A DNA stretch of 62,495 bases. Source: an uncultured Oscillospiraceae bacterium (GTDB lineage: Bacteria > Bacillota > Clostridia > Oscillospirales > Acutalibacteraceae). Position numbers and translations under genes: made by a program. The notes beneath the pieces are model-generated. The model was not told where the DNA came from, made no database searches, and saw only the letters and a list, made by a program, of their open reading frames with translations. The DNA lies in contig CABRWD010000001.1 in the NCBI GenBank assembly GCA_902474595.1, positions 1 to 62,495 of the forward strand, in the 5' to 3' direction. Within the stretch, counting starts at the first letter, position 1; each line of letters begins with the position of its first letter. Below, one piece after another: positions 10,384 through 20,442 of the stretch.

Positions 10384-11370
10384 TTATTTGCATATCCTAT
10401 AGTAAAAATCAACGACTTTTGGAGCGTATGCCATCAAAAAAAGATATACTCTTAATTTTATATATCCGATTTTTGAACAGTAACGCTTACCTTTTTTGAG
10501 CAATATTTTTAAGTTTTTTTTATCGTCTAAACATAACACACATTTTAGTGTGAAACAATCTTTTCTTTTTTGCGACAGTTGCTTTTCATACTTATTAGCA
10601 GTAAATTCATTAAACGCATCATACATTTCCAGCATAGAAGTACAATGAGCCAAGCGTTTTTTAGAATCTAAATTGACCCTTGACGACCAACTTCCTACAC
10701 TGTTTACTCTATAGCAAGACATTATTTCGTCAATATAATAAACATCGCCGAGAAAGCCAAAATATAACATCAATGGCTCATCCCCGACATCTGCCACCTT
10801 TACAAATTCCGGAGTATTATTTATATACTCATCTACATCCGCCTTTCTTCTGAAATAACTGCTTGTTTGAAATGGGTAAGTAGTTCCCAAAATTTCCATA
10901 AAACGCTCTGTTTTTATTGCACCTGTATCTAACGCAAATTTGGGATAGTATTGATTTAGCGACTCACCGTTTTCCTTAATAGCACAAACCTTATGTACGC
11001 AAAAGTGACATTCAGGGTTTGATTCCATAACATCATATTGTTTTTGTAATTTATATTCATCGCACCAATAATCATCACCCTCGCATAAAGCTACATACTT
11101 TCCGTTAGCCAGAGGGAACAAAATAGTGTTAATGATTTTTACGCCTTTAGAATGCTGATTTTCGGTTTGATATATTGGTTTTATAATGTCGGGATATTTG
11201 GCTTCATATTCTCTTATAATATCTGCCGAATTATCGGTTGATGCATCATCGTGAATAAGCACCTCAAACTTAAAATTGGTTTTTTGGTTTACAAATCCTT
11301 CTAAACATTTCCGCAAATATTTTTCATGGTTATAAACCAAGCATAATACTGATACTGCAATTTCTTCCAT
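10384..11370 (-). CDS. family 2 glycosyltransferase (tandem paralogue 2)
   Basis: The N-terminal ~100 aa are nearly identical to the downstream paralogue (VSVLCLVYNHEKYLRKCLEGFVNQKT...IHDDASTDNS). Confidence 0.85.
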   Translation of the reverse strand: MEEIAVSVLCLVYNHEKYLRKCLEGFVNQKTNFKFEVLIHDDASTDNSADIIREYEAKYPDIIKPIYQTENQHSKGVKIINTILFPLANGKYVALCEGDDYWCDEYKLQKQYDVMESNPECHFCVHKVCAIKENGESLNQYYPKFALDTGAIKTERFMEILGTTYPFQTSSYFRRKADVDEYINNTPEFVKVADVGDEPLMLYFGFLGDVYYIDEIMSCYRVNSVGSWSSRVNLDSKKRLAHCTSMLEMYDAFNEFTANKYEKQLSQKRKDCFTLKCVLCLDDKKNLKILLKKGKRYCSKIGYIKLRVYLFLMAYAPKVVDFYYRICK

Positions 11371-11391
11371 TAAAAAATGCTCCTTATATTT

Positions 11392-11592
11392 CTACTTTTT
11401 GAATATTTTTCTTTTAATTATCTCTTTATAATCTCTCTTATAGTGATTAAATATCGCTCTTTTTTTAGCTTTTTCTAAATCAATGTTCTTTAAATATTCA
11501 TATACTTCTTTATAATGAATTTTTTCATAATTATCTGCCATTTTATGAATAATATCATTCCAAAAAACGATAAAACTGTCCCCTGAAACCAT
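11392..11592 (-). CDS. hypothetical 66-aa ORF, possibly a gene remnant
   Basis: Only an open frame is visible, with no recognisable motif. It sits next to a degraded acyltransferase. Confidence 0.2.
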   Translation of the reverse strand: MVSGDSFIVFWNDIIHKMADNYEKIHYKEVYEYLKNIDLEKAKKRAIFNHYKRDYKEIIKRKIFKK

Positions 11593-11694
11593 GATAACAT
11601 ATTAATTAAGTACACACTGTTACCCTTTAAAAATATTCCATAATTTTAATTCTATTATTGCTAATGTAGGATTAATTTTAAACATTCCAATTTC

Positions 11695-12127
11695 CTACAT
11701 TACAATTTTTTTAAGTACGGGTAATTTAATTAGAATTGATACAATTACATAAGACACAAAGAATAAGATGCTGTATAACGGAATAGAAATCATCGGGTTA
11801 ATAAACTCTAATTCCACGCCGATTATATGAAATAAAACCCAAAACCGAAAGGCAAAAAAGTATTCTCGGTATGTAATTTTTTATCATTGCTGAAAAAGAA
11901 TATTCCTTTTCGGTTCGCAGAAACATAGCACCGCTAATCATAAAGAATGCAGGTACACTCCAACGAACCAATCCATTATATATAATTCCTACATTAGAAG
12001 TGAATGTTCCGATATCATACGATACAGCAATAGCTGAGACATGAATTACTACAACACCAAACATTGCAAATATTCTTAATAAATCTAAGTATATAACTCT
12101 ATTTGAAGTATGCATATTATTCTCCAA
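11695..12127 (-). pseudogene. acyltransferase family 3 remnant (internal deletion plus frameshift)
   Basis: The N-terminal 85 aa (VIYLDLLRIFAMFGVVVIHVSA..WSVPAFFMISGAMFL) stop at 11798. A -1 shift at a T-run continues into a C-terminal-like TM tail (…ISIPLYSILFFVSYVIVSILIKLPVLKKIVM*). Total length is far short of a normal ~340-aa family member. Confidence 0.6.
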
Positions 12128-13289
12128 TCAACTTCTCTATTTTTTTAATTTCCTCTATATTTCCTTTCTTTTCCTTTTTCAAATTAGCAATAATATGTTC
12201 TTGTAACGCCTTGTCATTAGAGAGATACTCAATAGCATCAGAAATTGCCGTTGAATTCATGTCGACAATCAAACCGTTTTCACCGTCTCGGATTTGATTA
12301 TACACAACATCAAAATTTGTGCTGATTACAGGCTTATTTAATATCCGTGCTTCACCTAAAGTTAAACAGTAGCCTTCAAATCGGGATGTTTGGACATAAA
12401 TATCTGCATTTTTCATATATACATACGGATTATCTTGAGCGCCAACCAAAATTACTTGCTCCGACAAGTTATAATCTGCAATCATAGCTTCCAATTGCTC
12501 TCTGCACGATCCTTCTCCGACAAAAAACCATTTAAAATCAATACCCTTATCTTTAAGCTTCTTAGCAGCTTCAATTGCCAGATCATATCCTTTTTGAGCC
12601 TCAAGTCGTCCTGCTGTAACAAGAAAAAGTTTTGATTTATAGTTTTCAAAAGGATTGAAAGCAGAAGACATTTTTTCAATAAGTTCAGCATTGTTTATAT
12701 CATAAACAGTCCTAATTTTATGCTTGAAATCAGGAAAAATCTTAGCAATAATACTTTCCAGTTTATCAGATACGGCAATAATATATTCATACTTTTGGTA
12801 AAACGGATAATCAAAACTCTTTTCATAACCCGCCGCTTCATAATTTACATTAATAACCGCAATTTTCTTTTCCGCCCGCACATTATCGGCAACATAATGT
12901 GTTGGATTACCCTGACCCCAAGCAATGGCAACATCGTATTTCTTTTCTAAGGCGTTAAATGCTTTCCCCGCATATTTCCAATAACACTGAGAAGCGTGTA
13001 GTATATGTTTTCTATTGTTAATTCGTAGACCTATAGAAGCACAAAGATGCGAAATCAAATATTTAGGATGATTCAACTGTGCCGAGATAGAACCATTTTT
13101 GAAAAAATCTAACTCCGGCAATACATTAACTTCCTTCGGCAAAAGTTTTAAAAACATTCCTTCCGCTCTAAACATAAGTAAATCAACATTATAATTATCA
13201 TAATCAAAAGTCGACAAAAGAGATGTCAAGCTTTTTTCTGCTCCTCCTAAGCACAAAGAGTTGATCACAAATAGAATTGATTTTTTCAT
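12117..13289 (-). CDS. family 4 (group 1) glycosyltransferase
   Basis: Start MKKSILFVINSLCLGGAEKSL at 13289, directly after the upstream stop. The C-terminal region has an EGYCLTLGEA E-x7-E-like motif. Confidence 0.85.
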   Translation of the reverse strand: MKKSILFVINSLCLGGAEKSLTSLLSTFDYDNYNVDLLMFRAEGMFLKLLPKEVNVLPELDFFKNGSISAQLNHPKYLISHLCASIGLRINNRKHILHASQCYWKYAGKAFNALEKKYDVAIAWGQGNPTHYVADNVRAEKKIAVINVNYEAAGYEKSFDYPFYQKYEYIIAVSDKLESIIAKIFPDFKHKIRTVYDINNAELIEKMSSAFNPFENYKSKLFLVTAGRLEAQKGYDLAIEAAKKLKDKGIDFKWFFVGEGSCREQLEAMIADYNLSEQVILVGAQDNPYVYMKNADIYVQTSRFEGYCLTLGEARILNKPVISTNFDVVYNQIRDGENGLIVDMNSTAISDAIEYLSNDKALQEHIIANLKKEKKGNIEEIKKIEKLIGE

Positions 13290-13290
13290 T

Positions 13291-14394
13291 TTATCTACTC
13301 CCGTAAATCGCATTGTCAATATACGCTTTTGATTCATCTATTTTTTTATTAAGTAATTCTTTAATCATTGAGAAATCAACCGACTCAAAATTAATATCAA
13401 ATACATTTGAAACCAAACGATTTCCCAAATCTATAGATTCAACTAAATCTCTCATACGCGTATTTATGGCTTCTTTGCGGTTTATCACCCAAAAATTTTT
13501 CTCAAAAATCAACGAGAATGCCGTTGCATGAAAAGAATTTGAAATCACCATTTCAGCATTTTTTATCAACCCGAGGAAGGCTCTGGGACCGGCGTTTTTA
13601 AAGCTCCGATCACAGTAAGGATTATCAAGGTATGAATAAACCTTCCAACCGTTTTTATGTGCTAACTCCCTTGTGGCTAAGTCAAGTTGTTCATTTTTAT
13701 CAAAATCATACAGCAAAATATACGAATCATTTTCAGCCGTATATTCAATAATAGACTCCCATTTTTCCTTTGGCAACAGAAACACAGGGTCTAACACCTG
13801 AACCGCTCCTTGTATACCCAAGTCATTAAGTATATTTAAGCCGGAGCTTTCCCTTACAGAGATATAATCCATATTGGATAACCATTCTTTAACCTGCGGC
13901 TTTAACTCTGTAACTATGTTTTCGGTAGCAAAGCTTGCCGCATATGAAGCTTTTACAGCACTTAAAGGCGCAAAATCAAGATAAAAAGCGGGATCTTTTC
14001 CGTTATTGAAAAAACTGTTCCATATTTGGTCGCTTCCCGCAAAAAAGATATCTGCTTCGGGAGGATTGCTTTTTAGTTCCTCGTTTGATGTATAACATTC
14101 GTTTGTAACAGGCAAATAATCCGTTGTAAAACGGTCGTATTCTTTCTTTTTATTACCGTATTTTTCCTTTAAGCGTCCCGGAAATTTAGATATATTATAG
14201 AGTTCTCTCAATACAGGTTTATCGTAACGGGGGTTTGATACGCCGAACAGCTTATAATGTTCAAGATAGTCAGGCTTGTAGTCAATAATTTGACATTCAT
14301 GACCGATACTGTTTAAGTATTCTGCAAGAGCATATGCCTGTAAGCTTGCACCGGCATTATATACATTATGAAAGGTTATTGTTTTGATTTTCAC
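13291..14394 (-). CDS. polysaccharide pyruvyl transferase family protein (second copy, different subtype)
   Basis: The MKIKTITFHNVYNAGASLQAYALAEYL N-terminus is typical of the Firmicute/Bacteroides pyruvyl transferase family. Length is 367 aa. Confidence 0.65.
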   Translation of the reverse strand: MKIKTITFHNVYNAGASLQAYALAEYLNSIGHECQIIDYKPDYLEHYKLFGVSNPRYDKPVLRELYNISKFPGRLKEKYGNKKKEYDRFTTDYLPVTNECYTSNEELKSNPPEADIFFAGSDQIWNSFFNNGKDPAFYLDFAPLSAVKASYAASFATENIVTELKPQVKEWLSNMDYISVRESSGLNILNDLGIQGAVQVLDPVFLLPKEKWESIIEYTAENDSYILLYDFDKNEQLDLATRELAHKNGWKVYSYLDNPYCDRSFKNAGPRAFLGLIKNAEMVISNSFHATAFSLIFEKNFWVINRKEAINTRMRDLVESIDLGNRLVSNVFDINFESVDFSMIKELLNKKIDESKAYIDNAIYGSR

Positions 14395-15590
14395 AGGTCT
14401 TCCTCCATAAAGCGATACAACTTTTCGATTTCCCCCGCGTTGGTATAATCCGTCTTCTTTGTGTTTTCAACCAACTTGTCCTGCAATTCTTTATCCTTAA
14501 TAACCTCGATTATTCCGTCGGCGCAAGCGTCAATATCCATCGGAACGATTACACCGTCAACGCCATCATTAAGCTGACTCGCCGCCGTTGCGTAGTTAGT
14601 TATAATCACGGGTTTACCCAGTATCTGCGCTTCTCTTACCGCAACAGACTTGCCTTCATAACGGCTGGGTTGTATATAAATATCGCAGGCTTTTATATAA
14701 GGATACGGATTTTCCTTTTTGCCCAAGATTATTACATAATCCTCCGCACCGACATCTGCAATCCTTTGCCGTATCAGCGTTTCATCCCCGCCGAACCCGA
14801 TAAGATACCATTTAGCATCAATACCGCTTTCGCGTATACGCTTGCAAATTTGCGGAATTTCATCCATCCGTTTCGCATTGCAAAACCGCCCTATGGTTAG
14901 GAGACTTACCTCACTTTTCGGCATTTCCTCTTTGGCGGAAAATTCGTCAGTCAACTGACTCATATATTGCATTGGCATAATATTTTCAATCACAGACACT
15001 CTTTCCTCTAATGTAGGAAAAGTCTTCACAAAACTTTCCATAGCGTTATCTGAAATTGATATGATGTTGTCATACCGCTCCCACATTTTAAGTTGTGACT
15101 GCCGATCTACCTCAACAAAGGCATAATCCGTATGTATCCAGGCAATTTTCTTTTTGGCTCTGACTTTGTCTGCAACAAAATAGTGAGGGGTTAAAAAGCT
15201 TATAGCCAAATCATACTCTTCTTTGCTCACCTGCGGCATATACCTTAATGTATACTTATGGCTGTATTCCAAAGCAACATCATTATCGCCGAGTTTCAAC
15301 TGTTTTACCCGTTTTCTTGCCGCAAACAAACCCCTTATTCTTCCGAAAGCAACACCGAATTGACGTTGCCTAATTACCTCTTTCATAGGAATTGCAAGGC
15401 AAGAATACTTTTTTTTCTCAGGCAACAGGTTGACATTATCGGGAATATACTTCAACAGTTCTCCCTGATGCCGCATAAGAAACAAATCGACGCTGTATTT
15501 TGTTGTATCAATCGCTTCAAGCAGTCCGAGCAATGCACGCTCCGCACCGCCGAGCTCCATCGCATGAGAGAATATAAGTATTTTTTTCAA
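14391..15590 (-). CDS. family 4 (group 1) glycosyltransferase
   Basis: MKKILIFSHAMELGGAERALL and the C-terminal EGKSVAVREA motif. It is a paralogue of 12117..13289. Confidence 0.85.
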   Translation of the reverse strand: MKKILIFSHAMELGGAERALLGLLEAIDTTKYSVDLFLMRHQGELLKYIPDNVNLLPEKKKYSCLAIPMKEVIRQRQFGVAFGRIRGLFAARKRVKQLKLGDNDVALEYSHKYTLRYMPQVSKEEYDLAISFLTPHYFVADKVRAKKKIAWIHTDYAFVEVDRQSQLKMWERYDNIISISDNAMESFVKTFPTLEERVSVIENIMPMQYMSQLTDEFSAKEEMPKSEVSLLTIGRFCNAKRMDEIPQICKRIRESGIDAKWYLIGFGGDETLIRQRIADVGAEDYVIILGKKENPYPYIKACDIYIQPSRYEGKSVAVREAQILGKPVIITNYATAASQLNDGVDGVIVPMDIDACADGIIEVIKDKELQDKLVENTKKTDYTNAGEIEKLYRFMEEDL

Positions 15591-15610
15591 ATTATACGCT
15601 CCTTGAATAT

Positions 15611-16629
15611 TTATTTTACAATAAGCTTTTTCAAAGGCTTTTCCAACATTAGTAGAACAAAAGAAACAGATAAGGTTATCACAAGCATAAAGGCAAAAAT
15701 CAGTAGAGGATATTTCGCTATATAGACTAAATTAACAAACATTACCGAATAGAAAAACATATGCGTAAGCCATAAATTTGTTGAATGTTTTCCTACTGTT
15801 AAAAATACTTTTTTAATAAATTCCGGTTTTTCCCAGAAATGAAACAATGTTACGATAGCAAACCCCGTGATCGGAGCAACAAAAAGAGTAGGAACAATCA
15901 AAGTGCGTGCATAAAGCATAGCAATTATCATTATTATTGCGAGAACACACCGTGCAACCTTAGGAACCTTAATCCATATTTTATGAATTTTAGTAAACAC
16001 CTTAAGCTTACAACATTCCGCACCAAGCAAATACTCAAACAAAGTCATACCAAAAGGTCCGAGTTTCCCGAGAATCCGGTTGCTATATCCAAGATTAAAC
16101 CTTATATAATAAGCCGCACAGTAAATTAAAAATCCTATAGAGAGTACTATTATCGGATGAAGCTTTTTCACGCATTTAAGCAGCATCGGAGAAATAATCA
16201 CCAAGACCGCATAGGCAAACATATACCACCACGCACCGTTATAGGAATTATCGAGGGTAAGAAAATTCATTATGAATTTTTTTAAGCTGCCCGGCATAAA
16301 ATCCGCTTGCCCTGCTATTACGCTTACTATTGAAAATGTTATTAAAACAATCCAATAGCTAACCAAAACCGACAGGAGGCCTTTAAGGCGTTTTTTATAA
16401 TATCCTGTTTCCTCATACTGCACCGTATGCGCATAACCGCTGCAAAAAGCAAATCCGAATACGCAAAAATCACAAAGTTGGGCTATGTAAAAGCTTAAAG
16501 GCGTACCCCCCCCGCAAAAATTATCGGCGTAAATAATCCGATATAGTCTTTACAGAAAAGGTGCAGCCAAATCATTGCCAAAACCGAAAGCCCCTGTAGC
16601 ATCTTCGTATCGTTTTTGCTTAATTCCAT
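15611..16629 (-). pseudogene. acyltransferase family 3 (O-acyltransferase) gene interrupted by a frameshift at a homopolymer; possibly phase-variable
   Basis: ATG at 16629 with RBS aggaaacaaat gives MELSKNDTKMLQGLSVLAMIWLHLFCKDYIGLFTPIIFAGG, then stops just after the G8 run. The 270-aa track ORF (15611..16423) continues the same protein in another frame (…TPLSFYIAQLCDFCVFGFAFCSGYAHTVQYEETGYY…). Confidence 0.7.
16506..16513. repeat. C8 (G8 on the coding strand) homopolymeric tract inside the acyltransferase gene
   Basis: Read directly: gcgta-cccccccc-gcaaaaa. Confidence 0.9.
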
Positions 16630-16639
16630 ATTTGTTTCC

Positions 16640-17371
16640 TCACCTGTGCTTTTTTAAACTCCCGAAACAATCAACACCGAAAATGCGATGAAGTGGTTTG
16701 CTTATAACCGAACGGATTTTTTGCCCTGCCGTAAGACAGCTTCCCATATACCAATGTATAGAAACGGTATTTTCGGTTTTATTCAAAACTCCCGTTGTAC
16801 TCTCATATGGATTAAAATATTCCTTTGGATAAACAGTCCCCCAAGGGAATTCTTGGTATGAACCATCTCTTTTAAGCCCTAATTTAACCAATGCTTCTGT
16901 ATTCAGTTTCGGACAGCCTATTACACCATGTTTGCCGTCAAGCAACGGCTCGTATTCTTTAAGCATAGTCTCTAAGGCAAGTCCGCCTGCCACCGAGCCG
17001 TAGGCGAGGCCGGAATTAGTTTCTGCGTTTTTTGGATTTGAAAACTCGTTGCCATCCGTTTCAAAACCGAAAAACGCTTGATTTTCAAGCAAAAAATCAG
17101 GATTTCTTATGAGTTCCACATCGGTATCAAAATAAATCCCGCCGTGCCTATATACAACCAATAGGCGCACATAATCACTTAAAAAAGCATACTTTTTATT
17201 TTCATAGCACCATTTTGTGTACTCGTTGGTGCATATATCAAAATTATCCTCGTTCCACTCAATAATTTCATAATCGGGGCAGTATTTTTTCCAGCTTGCA
17301 ATGCATTTTTTAGCAAGTTTTGGCTTTTCTCCTCTGCCAAACCAACAGTAATGTATTTTTTTGGGTATCAT
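16640..17371 (-). CDS. glycosyltransferase with DXD sugar-binding region (GT32 / capsular polysaccharide synthesis type)
   Basis: IPKKIHYCWFG...YAFLSDYVRLLVVYRHGGIYFDTDVEL. I prefer the ATG at 17371, which follows a gaaggag RBS. Confidence 0.8.
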   Translation of the reverse strand: MIPKKIHYCWFGRGEKPKLAKKCIASWKKYCPDYEIIEWNEDNFDICTNEYTKWCYENKKYAFLSDYVRLLVVYRHGGIYFDTDVELIRNPDFLLENQAFFGFETDGNEFSNPKNAETNSGLAYGSVAGGLALETMLKEYEPLLDGKHGVIGCPKLNTEALVKLGLKRDGSYQEFPWGTVYPKEYFNPYESTTGVLNKTENTVSIHWYMGSCLTAGQKIRSVISKPLHRIFGVDCFGSLKKHR

Positions 17372-17388
17372 AAATACTCCTTCTGACA

Positions 17389-18444
17389 CTATAACGAATA
17401 CAATAGTTGTTTCAATATTCGTTTTGGCGTGTCTTTCTTTATCTTCTTAATAACTAACTCTGAAATTTTTTCATATTCGCCTTTTTCAAGCTGTGCTGAA
17501 ATTAAGTGCGTTTTTTTCCTATCTCTTAACACTTTAAGACAATCCAACACTTCAGGGAGAACAGATACTCTTTTAATTTCCGCAATTAAATCGTTTTCTG
17601 TGTGCTTTCCCTGTTGTTTGAACATTTCAAACCATGTAAGAAGAACATTCAACAGTTCAACAGACATATAATATTCCGCATCCTGCGGAATTGGGAATTT
17701 TTTCCTCATCTCGGTTTTAAAACGATATAAAGACAAAAAATCATCAAACATATACGGCATATATTTAGAGGTATTTCCGCCTATTCTGTAATTGTAAATA
17801 ACATTTGGAATTATACTCAGACTTTGTGTTTCCGTAAGTAGCCGAAGTGTTACGCTCAAATCCTCCCCCATAAATTTCACAATTGGAGGATTGCTAATTA
17901 CCTTTGTAAGCAATTCGGTACTATAAAGCTTTGCATAAAGCGTAACCGGATAATTGCTAATGCCAAAGCAGCTGATATACAATTCATTGATGATATCCTC
18001 CTGCGTATACATTTTAGGGTTGTCAAAACAGGGTGCCTGATACTTGCTGTGAAATTTTACACCCTTCCACATTTTCTGCGTAGATGCACACACGCAATCC
18101 AAATGATTTTTCTCCGCTTCTTCATAGAGCAATCGAAGGGCATCGGGCATGAGGGTATCGTCCGCATCAGCCAGAAAGATATACTTTGAATCTTGTGCAT
18201 ATTCCGAAAGAACACCCGTTGTTCTTGCCAGAACAGAGCCCTTATTTTGCTGATGTATTACCTTGATGCGTGAGTCCTTAACTGAATAAGCATCACATAT
18301 CTGTCCGCTGCCATCGGTAGAACCGTCATCAACCAAAACTAAACAAAAATCCTTAAGTGTTTGATTAATTACACTATCAATACACTTACGCAAATGGCAT
18401 CCGGCATTATAAACGGGAATAACAACTGCAATTGTTCTATCCAT
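17389..18444 (-). CDS. family 2 glycosyltransferase
   Basis: IAVVIPVYNAGCHLRKCIDSVINQT...VLVDDGSTDGS. I prefer the start MDRT at 18444, which follows a gaggag RBS. Confidence 0.85.
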   Translation of the reverse strand: MDRTIAVVIPVYNAGCHLRKCIDSVINQTLKDFCLVLVDDGSTDGSGQICDAYSVKDSRIKVIHQQNKGSVLARTTGVLSEYAQDSKYIFLADADDTLMPDALRLLYEEAEKNHLDCVCASTQKMWKGVKFHSKYQAPCFDNPKMYTQEDIINELYISCFGISNYPVTLYAKLYSTELLTKVISNPPIVKFMGEDLSVTLRLLTETQSLSIIPNVIYNYRIGGNTSKYMPYMFDDFLSLYRFKTEMRKKFPIPQDAEYYMSVELLNVLLTWFEMFKQQGKHTENDLIAEIKRVSVLPEVLDCLKVLRDRKKTHLISAQLEKGEYEKISELVIKKIKKDTPKRILKQLLYSL

Positions 18445-18457
18445 ATTTCCATTCTCC

Positions 18458-19513
18458 TCAATGCTCGTCAAAAATATTGCAAATAATTGGGTACTTTTTC
18501 ATAATCAGAATATGCTTTATTATTGGCAAAGCAAATAGATGCTTTCTGATTTTTTCTAAAACTCCAATTAACCTCTGTTTAAATATCCAACTTGAAGAAA
18601 ATTTTTGTACATACTGTTCAACAGAAACTTCCGGACTTTTTTTCTTAATAAGATTTTCAAATCTATTCAATACTCTAATAATATCCGATAACTTTTCTCC
18701 TTCTCTGATTGCATCTCTAACCATATCATCAATATAATACATTGCCGATTTTATGGCACTCTTAGAATTGCCACCATTCACCGTGATATTTTGGTCGCTT
18801 TTTATCCAACCGCTAATCAAATCTTCATAATGGTATAATGCCGTAAAAGAAGAATGACTCACAGATTTTGTGTTTTCCCTGTATCCATAAACAAGTTTAT
18901 CCGAAAAGAAACAATTTTTTGAAAGTGCCATTGCCTCTAATCTAAAATCCAAATCTTCGCCTAATCTTTGACCATTGTGAAATCTTATATTACAATTTCG
19001 CAATAATTCAGTTTTATAAATTGTTGAACCGAAATGTTTGCAATTCATTTGAACCGCTTTGTCTCCACCTGAGATAATGCCTTTAAAAGTGTTGCCGATT
19101 TTTTCTCTTCTTTTTAAATCCTGTGTAAGTTTGCAGGAATTAAATATAATTGTATCAAAATCCTCAGAAATTAATTTTTCTACTTCTGTATCATACCATC
19201 CTGGAAACCATACATCATCTGCATCTAAAAACATAATGTAATTTGCATTTAAATGATTAAGGACATAATCAATCCCTGAATTTCTTGCTGCGCTTACTCC
19301 AGCATTTTCTTGCCGAATAATATGTCCTTTATGCTTAGGCTCAAGTGACTTGATTATTTGCAAAGAATTATCAGTAGATCCATCATCAACAATAACCAAC
19401 AAGAAATTTTGAGATTTCTGGTTTAGCACACTTTCAATACATTGTTGTATATATTTTTCTGCGTTGTAAACGGGAATAACAACGGCAATCATTTTATCCA
19501 TATTTTCACTCAC
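18458..19513 (-). CDS. family 2 glycosyltransferase
   Basis: IAVVIPVYNAEKYIQQCIESVLNQ...VIVDDGSTDNS...FLDADD. Confidence 0.85.
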   Translation of the reverse strand: MSENMDKMIAVVIPVYNAEKYIQQCIESVLNQKSQNFLLVIVDDGSTDNSLQIIKSLEPKHKGHIIRQENAGVSAARNSGIDYVLNHLNANYIMFLDADDVWFPGWYDTEVEKLISEDFDTIIFNSCKLTQDLKRREKIGNTFKGIISGGDKAVQMNCKHFGSTIYKTELLRNCNIRFHNGQRLGEDLDFRLEAMALSKNCFFSDKLVYGYRENTKSVSHSSFTALYHYEDLISGWIKSDQNITVNGGNSKSAIKSAMYYIDDMVRDAIREGEKLSDIIRVLNRFENLIKKKSPEVSVEQYVQKFSSSWIFKQRLIGVLEKIRKHLFALPIIKHILIMKKYPIICNIFDEH

Positions 19514-19555
19514 TTTACTGCTGAAAAGAAATATTACAAACTAGTTAATATTTCT

Positions 19556-20440
19556 TTATTTTTTCACTCTCTTTAAGATATACCTCGTCAGCAACCAACC
19601 TATCGGAGTACACAGTAGCGTCAACAGCGGTTTGGGGCTTTCCTTAATATAGTTTATATTATGGCTGATTTGACTGCTTGAACAATAATGAATCACCGTT
19701 TTAATCAAATACTTTATCGGAACATTCGGTAAACTCATAATAACCCTTCTGAGTTCTGCATAACTGTTGGGACTGTCGACATATTGTTTAAATTGATTTG
19801 CGGTCATCCCGTCAGGCTGATAATCCACAATACATAACGGCTCATCAACAGCCAAAAAGCTATAATTTCTACTTAACTTTAAAATCATATAATGAGGATT
19901 AAAGTTTTTTTCTCCCTCAAAAACAGGCATTGGTGCGACTTGCTTATATAAGTCCGTACGCACCACATATTTTTTATCACCGCGATTATTCTTTGAAGCC
20001 AATAAATCTATTGGATTAATTTTGCTTCCGTTTGGTAAATGATCGCCAATGATATCACCTTCTGCTGAATAATCTAATCCGATAAGTCCGGCAATATCAT
20101 CTGATTTATTACTATTCCAAACTGTTAGAATTTTATCAATTGCCCCGTCCGGCAACCAATCATCCGAATCAATGCAAATCGAAAGCTCAGTATCTAAATT
20201 TTCTATCGCAGTATTATAACCTGTGTGCAATCCGCCATTTTCTTTATATATGTATTTTATTTCAATTCGATTATCTTTTAAAAAAGCGTCAACCACATCT
20301 TTTGTATTGTCAGTAGATCCGTCATCAATAATAAGCCATTTAAAACTCTGATTACTCTGCCTTAAAAGGCTATGATACAACTTATGTAATAAATGTGCAC
20401 GATTATATGTGGGTGTAAAAACTGTAATTTCTTTATACAT
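19556..20440 (-). CDS. family 2 glycosyltransferase
   Basis: ITVFTPTYNRAHLLHKLYHSLLRQ...LIIDDGSTDNT...IDSDD. Confidence 0.8.
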   Translation of the reverse strand: MYKEITVFTPTYNRAHLLHKLYHSLLRQSNQSFKWLIIDDGSTDNTKDVVDAFLKDNRIEIKYIYKENGGLHTGYNTAIENLDTELSICIDSDDWLPDGAIDKILTVWNSNKSDDIAGLIGLDYSAEGDIIGDHLPNGSKINPIDLLASKNNRGDKKYVVRTDLYKQVAPMPVFEGEKNFNPHYMILKLSRNYSFLAVDEPLCIVDYQPDGMTANQFKQYVDSPNSYAELRRVIMSLPNVPIKYLIKTVIHYCSSSQISHNINYIKESPKPLLTLLCTPIGWLLTRYILKRVKK

Positions 20441-20442
20441 AA

